Source: an uncultured Candidatus Saccharibacteria bacterium (GTDB lineage Bacteria; Patescibacteriota; Minisyncoccia; GWC2-36-17). From it: a stretch of 32,144 bases of DNA. This document shows, one piece after another, positions 17,082-26,229 of the stretch (the first letter of the stretch is position 1; each line of letters opens with the position of its first letter). The DNA is taken from assembly GCA_964354925.1 (NCBI GenBank), contig CAYHBU010000001.1:1-32144 (forward strand). Reading direction: 5' to 3'. The position numbers were made by a program, and so were the translations under genes. The notes below the pieces were generated by a model. It made no database searches. It had not been told where the DNA came from and was given only the letters and a program-made list of their open reading frames with translations.

Positions 17082-18356
17082 TTAAATAAACTGCGAGCCG
17101 TGGACCGCGAGACCATATGCTACGCTTGAAAATTCGTCAGCATGCACGAGTTTATCATCGCCGAACTTATCCGTAAATATTTTTTTAATGCTCGGGATCT
17201 TTGACGAGCCTCCCGTAAGCAATACAAGATCTATATCTTTTACATCAAGTCCTGAATTCTTGATAGTTTCGTCTATGCATTGCCTGATTTTCTGCTCTTC
17301 CTCTCCAATGATTTGTTCAAATTCTAATCTGGAAACATCTTCTTTTATCACTAAATCTCTTTCTTTGAAATTGATTGTTGCCAATTGAGAATCAGACAAA
17401 TCGCATTTTGCTTTTTCGATGGCTTGAAAAAGCATAAATCCATAATTGTCATCAATCAGATTTTCGAGATTTATGACAGCTTGCGGATTATCAGCAACTC
17501 TTTTTAACTGCTTCAAAAATTCCCTGGTTTTCTTTTCGTTGAGCTGAGATATGAGATGCCATTGGCAAAATCTGTATACAATCCATGCTGGAAATCCTAA
17601 CGAACCACCAGACATGGCGCTGTACTGAATATCCTTGCCAAAATATTTGGCAACCTTTTCCCACATAATCCTGGAATCAAAGGTATCACCGCCTATATAT
17701 ACGCCACCGACGGAGAGGATATCATTTTTTCGATCGTGTTTTCCTTTTGCATAATCGCCGCCGCGCAATTTTACGACAGTGAAATCAGAAGTACCGCCTC
17801 CGAAATCTCCGACCAACATTATTTTCTCCTCGCCATCTTTCAATGATGCTTCATATCCTAAAGCAGCTGCTATCGGCTCATACTGGACGTACACATTTTT
17901 AAAGCCGGCCTTCATAAAAGATAAAACTAATCTCTCTTCTGCCATTTTATCTCTTCTTGGGTCATCTGAAAATACTGAAGGCCTTCCTATTACAACATCT
18001 TCCACATTTTCTTCGACAAGTCTCTCGCCTTGATCTTTAATCTTTTTTATAATCATTGCTATCAAATCTTCAATCTCATAACTTTCTTCATTTACAAAAA
18101 TCCTTGCAAAAGCTTCGCTGGGCAAAAAGGATTTTATAGACTGCATAAACTTGCCAATTGCTCCATCCTTAACATACTCATTAATGCCTTCTTGCCCCAT
18201 AAAAAATCTGTGATCCTCGTTGGCATAAATAACCGACCTTAGCGTCTTCTTGTTAGATGCATAACCATCGATATCCGCAACGCCACAATTTCCATTTTTA
18301 TTTATAGCCAACACCGAATTTGTTGTGCCGAAGTCTATGCCAAATATGGTTTTCAT
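17082..18356 (-). CDS. Hsp70-family ATPase lacking a canonical substrate-binding domain
   Basis: FGIDFGTTNS, DFGGGTSDF and LTGGSSKIP are actin/Hsp70 nucleotide-binding motifs. Only 424 aa. SD GGGAGG lies upstream. Confidence 0.85.
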   Translation of the reverse strand: MKTIFGIDFGTTNSVLAINKNGNCGVADIDGYASNKKTLRSVIYANEDHRFFMGQEGINEYVKDGAIGKFMQSIKSFLPSEAFARIFVNEESYEIEDLIAMIIKKIKDQGERLVEENVEDVVIGRPSVFSDDPRRDKMAEERLVLSFMKAGFKNVYVQYEPIAAALGYEASLKDGEEKIMLVGDFGGGTSDFTVVKLRGGDYAKGKHDRKNDILSVGGVYIGGDTFDSRIMWEKVAKYFGKDIQYSAMSGGSLGFPAWIVYRFCQWHLISQLNEKKTREFLKQLKRVADNPQAVINLENLIDDNYGFMLFQAIEKAKCDLSDSQLATINFKERDLVIKEDVSRLEFEQIIGEEEQKIRQCIDETIKNSGLDVKDIDLVLLTGGSSKIPSIKKIFTDKFGDDKLVHADEFSSVAYGLAVHGSQFI

Positions 18357-18513
18357 TTTTTCCTCCCGTAAAATTTATTATTCATTTAGTTTTCAAGATT
18401 CTGGGTTACAAATGATTCATATCATAAAATAATTATTTAGTCAATGATAGCTAGGTACATCCACCGAAAAACATCTTTTAAAATATTTATTGAAACTTTC
18501 ATTATAATCCTCA

Positions 18514-19953
18514 TCAATCAATTTTTATATTAATAACCGGATCACTATTATTTCTTCTTTTAATAGCCGATTGATGTATTGCAGAAAGAAGATATACGCT
18601 TTTCTGATGACTAATAAAGTCAGAGCGCGAATCATTTCCATTGTTAACAGAATCAATAAAATCATTAATGCAATTAATGCGGGCATCTTCCTGATGACCC
18701 CGTGAATATCCGCCCATAATATTTGTCCAAAGATCTTGAATATTGTATTTTTCGTGTGGGCACCAATCACTAAACATACGAGAATTACGAAATACATGAA
18801 TATCAAAATGATACTCCCCTCCAAAATCATACAAATTACCATCATTTTGCGGATTTATCTCTTCAGACTGGAACGATGCCAACAAAATAGATTGAAATGG
18901 ACCCTGCTCTATAAAATAACTCTCTTGGCGAACTCTTCCATTTCCTTTGTACAAGTCCCTATTTGCTACAGTGGCCCAATTTCTTTGACTAAAACCATTA
19001 TGAATAAGATTTATGCTCCCCAAACATATGATTCGATCACCCCTTTTAAAAACCACATTACTAAAAGCATCAATTTCTCCAAAATCTTTGCAAATATTAT
19101 TAAAGTCATCCTCGCTATATTTATTAAAAACGTCAAAGTCATTAAATAATTTTCTATAATCTCTAAAATTTAACTGAGCTAAAAAATCGCAGGGCCTTAA
19201 AAAGTTAGTAAATACATCTGCATTATCTATTTTTTTATCACCTCTGGATGTTGAATCGATAAACCAATTAACCATATCAAAACTATGATATCCCGAGTGA
19301 CAACATTTGCCATACCCTTGATTGTATGGATGATAGTTTTGATCAATAATTTCGGATGGGAAACGCCACTGTCCATCGCTATGAGATACCTGAATTGATG
19401 TTATCGGACAATTTGTTCGGTTAAACACTTCTTCTATTTTATTTTTTGCAAAGATATACGCAGGATGAAATCTTCTTTGAGACACCACGGAAAATGCTTT
19501 AATTAAACCAGAGTCTTTTTTATTTATGTATATCTTTTTCAACTCTTCGTAATCACGCTGAATCTTTAGAGCCTTTTCAAGATCAGTAGAAATATCTGCT
19601 TCTGCTGTTATCGGCTTATCTATTAAAATATTTAAATTATGTTCAAGACACCATTTCGTATACTTATAATGCATTAATGGCTCAGTAGAAATTATAACGC
19701 TATCGATTTTATGTTCATTTACCATACGAAGAAGCAAATCGTCCAATTCTTTGTTTATAATATCTTGCTGCAAATCGTTAGTAAAAAAAATATCAAGCAT
19801 GTAATCATTTTTTGCCAAATACGATTCTATAATATTTTTTTGCTCAAAAATATCTAAACCACACACTAAACTACAACCCCTAACTCCACGCATAAAATAG
19901 GGAATATAAATCCTTCTAGCATGATATCCCATTCCTATTATCATTATTCTCAT
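18514..19953 (-). CDS. putative NAD(P)-dependent oxidoreductase (Gfo/Idh/MocA-like N-terminus) with a large uncharacterised C-terminal region
   Basis: 479 aa. The N-terminal MRIMIIGMGYHARRIY dinucleotide-fold start and the EPLM segment resemble Gfo/Idh/MocA. I do not recognise the remainder. Its start overlaps the Nudix stop by 4 nt (ATGA). Confidence 0.45.
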   Translation of the reverse strand: MRIMIIGMGYHARRIYIPYFMRGVRGCSLVCGLDIFEQKNIIESYLAKNDYMLDIFFTNDLQQDIINKELDDLLLRMVNEHKIDSVIISTEPLMHYKYTKWCLEHNLNILIDKPITAEADISTDLEKALKIQRDYEELKKIYINKKDSGLIKAFSVVSQRRFHPAYIFAKNKIEEVFNRTNCPITSIQVSHSDGQWRFPSEIIDQNYHPYNQGYGKCCHSGYHSFDMVNWFIDSTSRGDKKIDNADVFTNFLRPCDFLAQLNFRDYRKLFNDFDVFNKYSEDDFNNICKDFGEIDAFSNVVFKRGDRIICLGSINLIHNGFSQRNWATVANRDLYKGNGRVRQESYFIEQGPFQSILLASFQSEEINPQNDGNLYDFGGEYHFDIHVFRNSRMFSDWCPHEKYNIQDLWTNIMGGYSRGHQEDARINCINDFIDSVNNGNDSRSDFISHQKSVYLLSAIHQSAIKRRNNSDPVINIKID

Positions 19954-20393
19954 GGCTCGATAGGAGAAATAAATCGACTCTTAAATTCCATAAAAGCCTT
20001 TTTATTATTATCTTTTTCTAGCGTCTTCTGGGCTTCATCGTAAGAACACCATCTGTAATCGTCGTGCTCATTGCCCAATTCAATATCAATAGTATCGGGC
20101 AATTCAACCCCGAAAACATATTCGCTTATCTGAGTATCTTTATTTTTCACCCATGTAAACTGATAAAACATATCAGTTATGGAGATAATCTGATTCTTAT
20201 TTATATTTATCTCTTCCTCAAACTCCCTATAAATACATTCTGTGAGTGATTCATTTGACTCTAGCGTTCCCGTGATCGGCTGCCAAAATCCTCCGTCTTC
20301 CGGAATCCTTTTTACTAGTAAAAATTTTATTTCGCCGTCTTTCCTACAAAATGGTATCCCTTCAAATTTAATTGGTAATTTAAAAATATTCAT
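19950..20393 (-). CDS. Nudix hydrolase, NudB (dihydroneopterin triphosphate pyrophosphatase)-like
   Basis: FWQPITGTLESNESLTECIYREFEEEINI: a Nudix box with the FWQxxTG signature seen in NudB-type enzymes. Confidence 0.75.
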   Translation of the reverse strand: MNIFKLPIKFEGIPFCRKDGEIKFLLVKRIPEDGGFWQPITGTLESNESLTECIYREFEEEININKNQIISITDMFYQFTWVKNKDTQISEYVFGVELPDTIDIELGNEHDDYRWCSYDEAQKTLEKDNNKKAFMEFKSRFISPIEP

Positions 20394-20417
20394 TTAATTT
20401 TTATTAAATTATTTTAA

Positions 20418-21146
20418 TTATTCATCCTCTAATACATCTTTCAGATCGGGTATTTTTTCTGACAATATTTTCATAATTTCCTCTTGAATTTCTTCAAGTG
20501 TTTTTGTAGCATTTATCTCAATAACCCTATCTTTTAAATTATTGGGTATAAAATCTTTTGCGTCTTTATACCAATCAGATTTTTCTTCTATAAGTTTTCT
20601 CCTAAATTCATATTTGGGATCACTCTTATCTAGTCGTAATAATAATGTTTCCTTATCTGCTATAAAATTAAATAAAATATCGGGACACACCATTTCAGCG
20701 GTAATAACCTTTCCCTTCTCCCCAGCGTTATCTGGATATAAATTAATTCTTCCTGTTTCATTTTCAGATTCTCTCGTTATCATCGTTTCAGATAAAATAC
20801 TGCGATCAACTAATAAAAAAGCAATCTTAGAGCTACTCTCTTTTAACATGTTTGGTAAAACTCTATCTCTAAAAACTATTAATTCCCTAGCCAATCTGTA
20901 CGAGCTTTCGTTCCAATCTTTTATACTCGATCCCTCTCTTCTTAATAGTGGGAGTTTTTTCGTCCACCAATCTGATATCGGATCTCCAATATGCTCGCCT
21001 TCATTTGGCCTGGTTCCGGATCCCCTAACAATAATAAAGGGAATTTTAAGTTTTTCTAATTTATTTTTAAGCAATTCTATATTTGTTCCTTTTCCCGATC
21101 TATGCGATCCCTCAAAGCCTATAGAAAATACTTTTGGATTTTTCAT
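20418..21146 (-). CDS. P-loop nucleotide kinase, thymidylate-kinase-like
   Basis: The N-terminal IGFEGSHRSGKGT P-loop resembles the dTMP kinase motif EGxDGxGKxT. 242 aa. Confidence 0.55.
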   Translation of the reverse strand: MKNPKVFSIGFEGSHRSGKGTNIELLKNKLEKLKIPFIIVRGSGTRPNEGEHIGDPISDWWTKKLPLLRREGSSIKDWNESSYRLARELIVFRDRVLPNMLKESSSKIAFLLVDRSILSETMITRESENETGRINLYPDNAGEKGKVITAEMVCPDILFNFIADKETLLLRLDKSDPKYEFRRKLIEEKSDWYKDAKDFIPNNLKDRVIEINATKTLEEIQEEIMKILSEKIPDLKDVLEDE

Positions 21147-21337
21147 TTTTTAATTAATTTTCTAGATGTAGCATAATAAATAAACTCTTAATATTTAATA
21201 TTTTTATAACTTTACCATATTGTATTTCAAATAATTATACAATGCAACTATTACTCTTATATAATGCAACCTCAAATTCTTGTAGAAATATGAATTTTCC
21301 CATATCATTTATTAAATAATTATTAACCGCCTATACT

Positions 21338-21793
21338 ATGAAAAAATTACGTCTTTTGGCAAGGGTTATAACATACGACAAAAATAACGGTAAAATCCTT
21401 CTCGTAAAAAATAACGGGATGAGTTTTTGGTACGCTCCTGGTGGCGGTTGGGAATATGAAAATGAAAATATTTTAGAATGCGCAAAACGAGAGGTTCACG
21501 AAGAAACTGGTTTACATGTAGATATTAAAAAGATGCTCTACGTACAAGAATTTCATGATTCGGCTGAATCAATTTTATTTGAAACATTTTGGCTTGCCGA
21601 GCCTAGCCATGAACAATCTTTAAATTCAAATCATATTGATCTCGATCCAAATGGAAATGTTGAAACTGCGCAGTGGTTCAACAAAGAAGAATTACAAGAT
21701 CTTAAAGTTTTTCCAAAACGATTAAAAAACACTTTCTGGGATAATATCGAATTAATGATTATCGGAGAGGATACATTTATAGGCGTAAGCTAG
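21338..21793 (+). CDS. Nudix hydrolase (paralog B)
   Basis: Same Nudix box as 9198-9653, with 10 aa differences in 151. Confidence 0.85.
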   Translation: MKKLRLLARVITYDKNNGKILLVKNNGMSFWYAPGGGWEYENENILECAKREVHEETGLHVDIKKMLYVQEFHDSAESILFETFWLAEPSHEQSLNSNHIDLDPNGNVETAQWFNKEELQDLKVFPKRLKNTFWDNIELMIIGEDTFIGVS

Positions 21794-21923
21794 ATTTCTC
21801 CTCGATTCAGTCGCTCCCGGCAAATTTGCAATCCTTTTTTATCATCATCAAATTTCATCATTTCTATCGCCTCTTTTTCTATAAACAATATTTTTGATAA
21901 TTGTAGTATTTTCTGATATAAAT

Positions 21924-22460
21924 CTAAGCTTGATACTCATTATCGAGAATACTCATAATCACATCGTCTTGCCATTTTCCGCGCACGAAGACGGTTTCTC
22001 TCTCCACACCCTCTTTCTTGAACCCGGCTTTTTTATAGCTCTTAATTGCTCGCTTATTATATGCGAGCACTCTTAAATCTATCCTGTGAAAATTTAATTT
22101 ACGAAATGCATGACAAAGGACCAATTTAACAGTCTCTGTTCCAAGGCCCTTACTGACATAATTTTTATCAAAAATACCTATTGCCATTCTTGCTCTTCTG
22201 TCTTTATTATTTATCTGATGTAAAAAAATGTCACCTATGCACTTGCCGTGATGTTCAATAACCCAGCTAAAACCCTGTCTACTTGCATGGCCATCAAACC
22301 AATCAACGCCGTCTTTTATTGAAAATTGCTTTTTATTTTGCTCATCTCCATACATGAATAAAAACTCGTCCACCCTACCGCAGGAAACCCTATCGCGGAT
22401 ATCGGATTTACGAACCTTTCTTAAAATAATATCTTGACCAACTAATTTATTTATTTTCAT
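21924..22460 (-). CDS. GNAT family N-acetyltransferase (RimJ/RimL-like)
   Basis: 178 aa with the acetyl-CoA pocket GLGTETVKLVLCHAF. Its start overlaps the upstream stop by 1 nt (TAATG). Confidence 0.75.
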   Translation of the reverse strand: MKINKLVGQDIILRKVRKSDIRDRVSCGRVDEFLFMYGDEQNKKQFSIKDGVDWFDGHASRQGFSWVIEHHGKCIGDIFLHQINNKDRRARMAIGIFDKNYVSKGLGTETVKLVLCHAFRKLNFHRIDLRVLAYNKRAIKSYKKAGFKKEGVERETVFVRGKWQDDVIMSILDNEYQA

Positions 22461-22804
22461 TATCTCAATATTTTTGATTTAAAAAATTGTTCCTGAAAAT
22501 AAGTTGCTTTTCTGATTCCTTCATCAGAAATATTATCGATATTTTCCGAAATAATCACTAATTTATCATCGTCATCATTGAGACAATGAATTACGGCTAT
22601 GCATTTACCGGTGAAATCCTCTACCGGCTTATCAACTCCCAAAACATAAGCATCGATTTCCTCGCCGTCGCCGCTTATAGTATCTGGCACATAACCATAA
22701 TTTACCTCATATTTAAAGCCGTGTTTAGGGTGCAAGCTACCGAGCGGACGATCGATTTTTACGCTAACTATTTTATTCAAATAATCAAATAATTTATTTT
22801 CCAT
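22460..22804 (-). CDS. short inorganic-pyrophosphatase-like protein
   Basis: 114 aa. SGDGEEIDAYVLG...LNDDDDKLV resembles the family I PPase acidic motifs (DGDPxDxxVL, DxxDxK), but the protein is much shorter than a canonical PPase. Confidence 0.5.
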   Translation of the reverse strand: MENKLFDYLNKIVSVKIDRPLGSLHPKHGFKYEVNYGYVPDTISGDGEEIDAYVLGVDKPVEDFTGKCIAVIHCLNDDDDKLVIISENIDNISDEGIRKATYFQEQFFKSKILR

Positions 22805-22815
22805 CTTTTTTTAAG

Positions 22816-23265
22816 TTATTGATGATTATTTTTTAAGTGCGATTCTATTAAATAAACTTTAATTTTATCTTTTTCTCGTCCAGATTTTAGATAAAACTCC
22901 AATTCTGATTCCAGGGACATGCAAGGGATTTGAATGTCTTCCTTTTTTATCGAAATAATGTATTTTTTAAAATCCATTGACCTCAAGGGATTACCTTGGG
23001 TGCTCGTAGCCTGAACTTCGACGCTTCCGATTACAAATCTAACCTCATTCCATTGCCCATGATCTGCCTGAACAACAGGACTACTAAATATTCCCCCTAT
23101 TTTATATATTCCGGATTCATCTGTCAAAATATCCAGATCATTTGGCGACACATCAATGCCCTGAACAGAAAGATTAAAGGTGCCAATCAAAGCAAAATCC
23201 ACGCCTTTTAACCTTTCAATTAAAATCTTTAAAGCGCTAAAAAAATTATTATGAGAATTTATCAT
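22816..23265 (-). CDS. putative nucleotidyltransferase (Pol-beta superfamily) domain protein
   Basis: 149 aa. FALIGTFNLSVQGIDVSPNDLDIL fits a G-[ST]...DxD minimal NTase motif. Confidence 0.45.
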   Translation of the reverse strand: MINSHNNFFSALKILIERLKGVDFALIGTFNLSVQGIDVSPNDLDILTDESGIYKIGGIFSSPVVQADHGQWNEVRFVIGSVEVQATSTQGNPLRSMDFKKYIISIKKEDIQIPCMSLESELEFYLKSGREKDKIKVYLIESHLKNNHQ

Positions 23266-23323
23266 TTTTTATTTTCCATTGAATTCTATCTATCAAACCA
23301 ACAATAAATACGCACAGCGACCC

Positions 23324-23352
23324 TTGCCTAATACAATTTCTACTGATATTAT
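23324..23352 (+). promoter_or_regulatory. sigma70-like promoter of the ABC exporter gene
   Basis: TTGCCT (23324-23329), 17 nt, TATTAT (23347-23352), about 30 nt upstream of the ATG at 23382. Confidence 0.45.
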
Positions 23353-23381
23353 TTCATATACTAAAAATAATCAACACTCGC

Positions 23382-25166
23382 ATGAGTAAACAAGCCATAT
23401 CCCGCGAAGCGGTATATCAAGTATTAAAAGATTATATTGAGCAATATAAAAATAATCCACTCCATGCGATTACCGCTTTTTTGATGCCGGCTATCGGATC
23501 AATTTTAATATTTTTCATCCCTCCTCTCATCATTGCAAAGATCGTCAATATATTTGTCGCTCAAAATTACATTTCTCTCGATTTAACTTATAACTACATC
23601 GCTCTTCTTGGCGGATCATGGCTGCTTGGAGAGATACTCTGGCGCATTGGACTGCATTCCATGATTAAAATCGAAACAGACGGCATGAACGATCTGGCCA
23701 AGAAATCTTTTCGCAAGCTCAGCGAACGTGATTTTGATTTCTATACCGATAATTTTGTCGGTTCATTGACCAAAAAAGCGCTGGCTTTCTCGGGAAGATT
23801 TGAAATGTTTACCGATACATTGAATTTTGGCATCATGAATGGAATCATCCCGATGTTGTTTGCGTCAGTTATTCTGTGGTACTACTCTTTTTGGTTCCCT
23901 GTGATTTTAATTACTTGTTTGATAATCGCTGCCGCAATCGCGGTACCCATTATCCGCAACCGCTCAAAATTGGTCGCGCTCAGGCACGAAGCGCATAGCA
24001 AAATGTCGGGTAGATTGTCTGATGCGATAATGAATATGTTTGCCGTCAAATCATTCGCAAAAGAAAAACAAGAGCTCGATATTTATGGGAGACATATTGA
24101 TAACTATACCGCCAAATTTAAAGATGCCGCAAATTACCACAATCTGAAACTTGACGCCGCAATATCTCCGATTTACGTATTGACTAATATAGTCGGATTA
24201 ATTTCCGCTATATTTTTCGCGCAAAGATTTAATTTGCAAGCTGGCACAATAATTGTGGTATTTTCTTATTATGCTCAAGTTACGAGATTTTTTTGGGAGT
24301 TTAATAAAATTTACAGAAATATGGAATCATCCGTCGGAGAAGGAGCAGAATTCGCTCAATTATTTATTGATCCACCATCAGTGCAAGATGCCTCGGATGC
24401 AAAAGAATTAAAAATTATTAATGCCGATATTGAATTCAATAAAATTAATTTCAATTATGGCGAAAATCAATCCAAAGAAGAATATTTTTTTAATGATTTT
24501 AATTTGCACATCAAAAGCAAAGAAAAAATTGGCTTAGTCGGTCCAAGTGGCGGCGGAAAGACAACCGTCACTAAATTAATTTTAAGATTTATAAATCTAC
24601 AATACGGCAATATTACAATTGACGGCCAAGACATCAGCAAGGTTACGCAGAGTTCTCTAAGAAAAAGCATTGCTTATGTACCGCAAGAACCATTGCTTTT
24701 TCATCGTTCCCTATTTGAAAATATCGCTTACGGGAACGAGAAAGCCACGAAAGAAGAAGTTATAAATGCAGCCAAGCTAGCGCATGCTCACGAATTCATA
24801 GATAAATTGCCTCATGGCTACCAAACATTAGTGGGCGAACGAGGGATTAAATTAAGCGGTGGACAAAGACAACGCGTAGCGATAGCTCGCGCCATACTCA
24901 AAAACGCGCCCATTTTAGTTCTGGATGAAGCGACCAGCTCTCTGGACTCGGAATCAGAGAAATATATCCAAGAAGGATTGTGGGAACTGATGAAAGACAA
25001 AACGGCGATAGTCATCGCGCACAGATTGTCAACTATAAAGCACCTGGACAGAATAATCGTATTGGAAAATGGCAATATTAGCCAAGATGGAACACACAAC
25101 GATTTAATCAAACAAAAAGGAATTTACGCAAAATTGTGGAGCCATCAATCGGGAGAATTTCTATAA
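23382..25166 (+). CDS. ABCB-type exporter half-transporter (TMD-NBD)
   Basis: 594 aa with an N-terminal six-helix-type TMD. Walker A GPSGGGKTT, signature LSGGQRQR, Walker B ILVLDEATS. Confidence 0.9.
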   Translation: MSKQAISREAVYQVLKDYIEQYKNNPLHAITAFLMPAIGSILIFFIPPLIIAKIVNIFVAQNYISLDLTYNYIALLGGSWLLGEILWRIGLHSMIKIETDGMNDLAKKSFRKLSERDFDFYTDNFVGSLTKKALAFSGRFEMFTDTLNFGIMNGIIPMLFASVILWYYSFWFPVILITCLIIAAAIAVPIIRNRSKLVALRHEAHSKMSGRLSDAIMNMFAVKSFAKEKQELDIYGRHIDNYTAKFKDAANYHNLKLDAAISPIYVLTNIVGLISAIFFAQRFNLQAGTIIVVFSYYAQVTRFFWEFNKIYRNMESSVGEGAEFAQLFIDPPSVQDASDAKELKIINADIEFNKINFNYGENQSKEEYFFNDFNLHIKSKEKIGLVGPSGGGKTTVTKLILRFINLQYGNITIDGQDISKVTQSSLRKSIAYVPQEPLLFHRSLFENIAYGNEKATKEEVINAAKLAHAHEFIDKLPHGYQTLVGERGIKLSGGQRQRVAIARAILKNAPILVLDEATSSLDSESEKYIQEGLWELMKDKTAIVIAHRLSTIKHLDRIIVLENGNISQDGTHNDLIKQKGIYAKLWSHQSGEFL

Positions 25167-25187
25167 TTTCATCTACTTTATTCTTTT

Positions 25188-25604
25188 TTACACAAATCTT
25201 TTTATGCCATCAGGATAAAAATGGCTTCCTCGCAAGACATCGACACCCTCCCATATCGCATAAGAGCTATCATTATCTAAAATTCGTATCTCTTTTTCAT
25301 TATATAGCGATTCTTTTATTAAATCAGCGCTATAAATCATCACTAATTCGTGTCCGGTATTTCCTTCGTATGTAAATATATTTTCTACAACTCCCAGAGA
25401 TTTTACATTATCTATTTCTGACTCGAATTCCTCCATAAATTCTCTATGTAAAGCCACGACCCCGGTTTCTCCAAACTCAATACCACCACCAGGCAATCGA
25501 TAAAATTTTTCATTCTTTTTACTGTCGAATCCTACTTGAACCAATACTTTATTATCTTTTTTAACAATAGCTAACGCCAACGGCCTAATACGATTATTTT
25601 CCAT
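25188..25604 (-). CDS. Nudix hydrolase
   Basis: Nudix box GGGIEFGETGVVALHREFMEEF. Confidence 0.85.
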   Translation of the reverse strand: MENNRIRPLALAIVKKDNKVLVQVGFDSKKNEKFYRLPGGGIEFGETGVVALHREFMEEFESEIDNVKSLGVVENIFTYEGNTGHELVMIYSADLIKESLYNEKEIRILDNDSSYAIWEGVDVLRGSHFYPDGIKRFV

Positions 25605-25616
25605 AAATTTTATTTA

Positions 25617-26209
25617 TTAAGAATTATTTTTCAAATACTTTGCAAGCCTTTTCCAACTATTGTAATTTATCGGATTAGACCAAAAATTAAAATATTCATC
25701 ATCAGGCCATTCAGACAATGATTTTGAATAACCAGTTGGAATAAAAAGAGAATCTATCCATCCGTAATCTTTTCTGAAAATTGTCTTACTGGACCTCTTT
25801 GCAATACTACCATCAAAATAACATACAAAAGTCTTTGGCTTCTTACCTGACTCACAATAAGCGAGACAGTCACGCCAAACAGCTCGCCCATTCTTTTCAT
25901 TTCTCATTAAACTGAGTAATCCATTCGCTGATAACCATTTATTTATATATTTAATAAATGGCCCCGGGAAACCCTTAAGAGCCTCAATGTAGCAACCGCC
26001 ATCTGATACAACCACAGGTTTTTTCAGTGCATCCGCGGCCCATCTTGCAGAAAACGCGGCGATTTCTTTAACTGATTCACTTTGGATTTCCGGCGTTTCT
26101 ATATTTTTCTGTATCAAATTAAAATCACTATCAACAAAAAATCTTTTAGCGATTTCAAACTTATATTTATTCCCTGTGACAAATGTTATTTCTTTTAATG
26201 TTTTTTCAT
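25617..26209 (-). pseudogene. HAM1/RdgB (ITPase)-like NTP pyrophosphatase with a frame break just after the start codon
   Basis: GFPGPFIKY and an upstream in-frame EITFVTGNKYKFEIA match the ITPase fold. That frame has no ATG/GTG/TTG before the TTG at 26117. The only ATG with a plausible position (26209-26207) is out of frame by one base and is followed by an A6 run (26206-26201); A7 would restore MKKTLKEITFVTGNK. Confidence 0.6.
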
Positions 26210-26229
26210 TGTTTTTACCTTATTCATCT

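Noticed and set aside
20542-21153. 203-aa plus-strand ORF (Ser/Leu-rich). Similar long antisense ORFs occur at 11299-11709, 30436-30948, 18736-19149, 6902-7249 and 13896-14246.
   Set aside because: Each lies entirely within and antisense to a gene with clear family motifs. They have low-complexity composition, no SD, and are typical shadow ORFs of AT-rich DNA.
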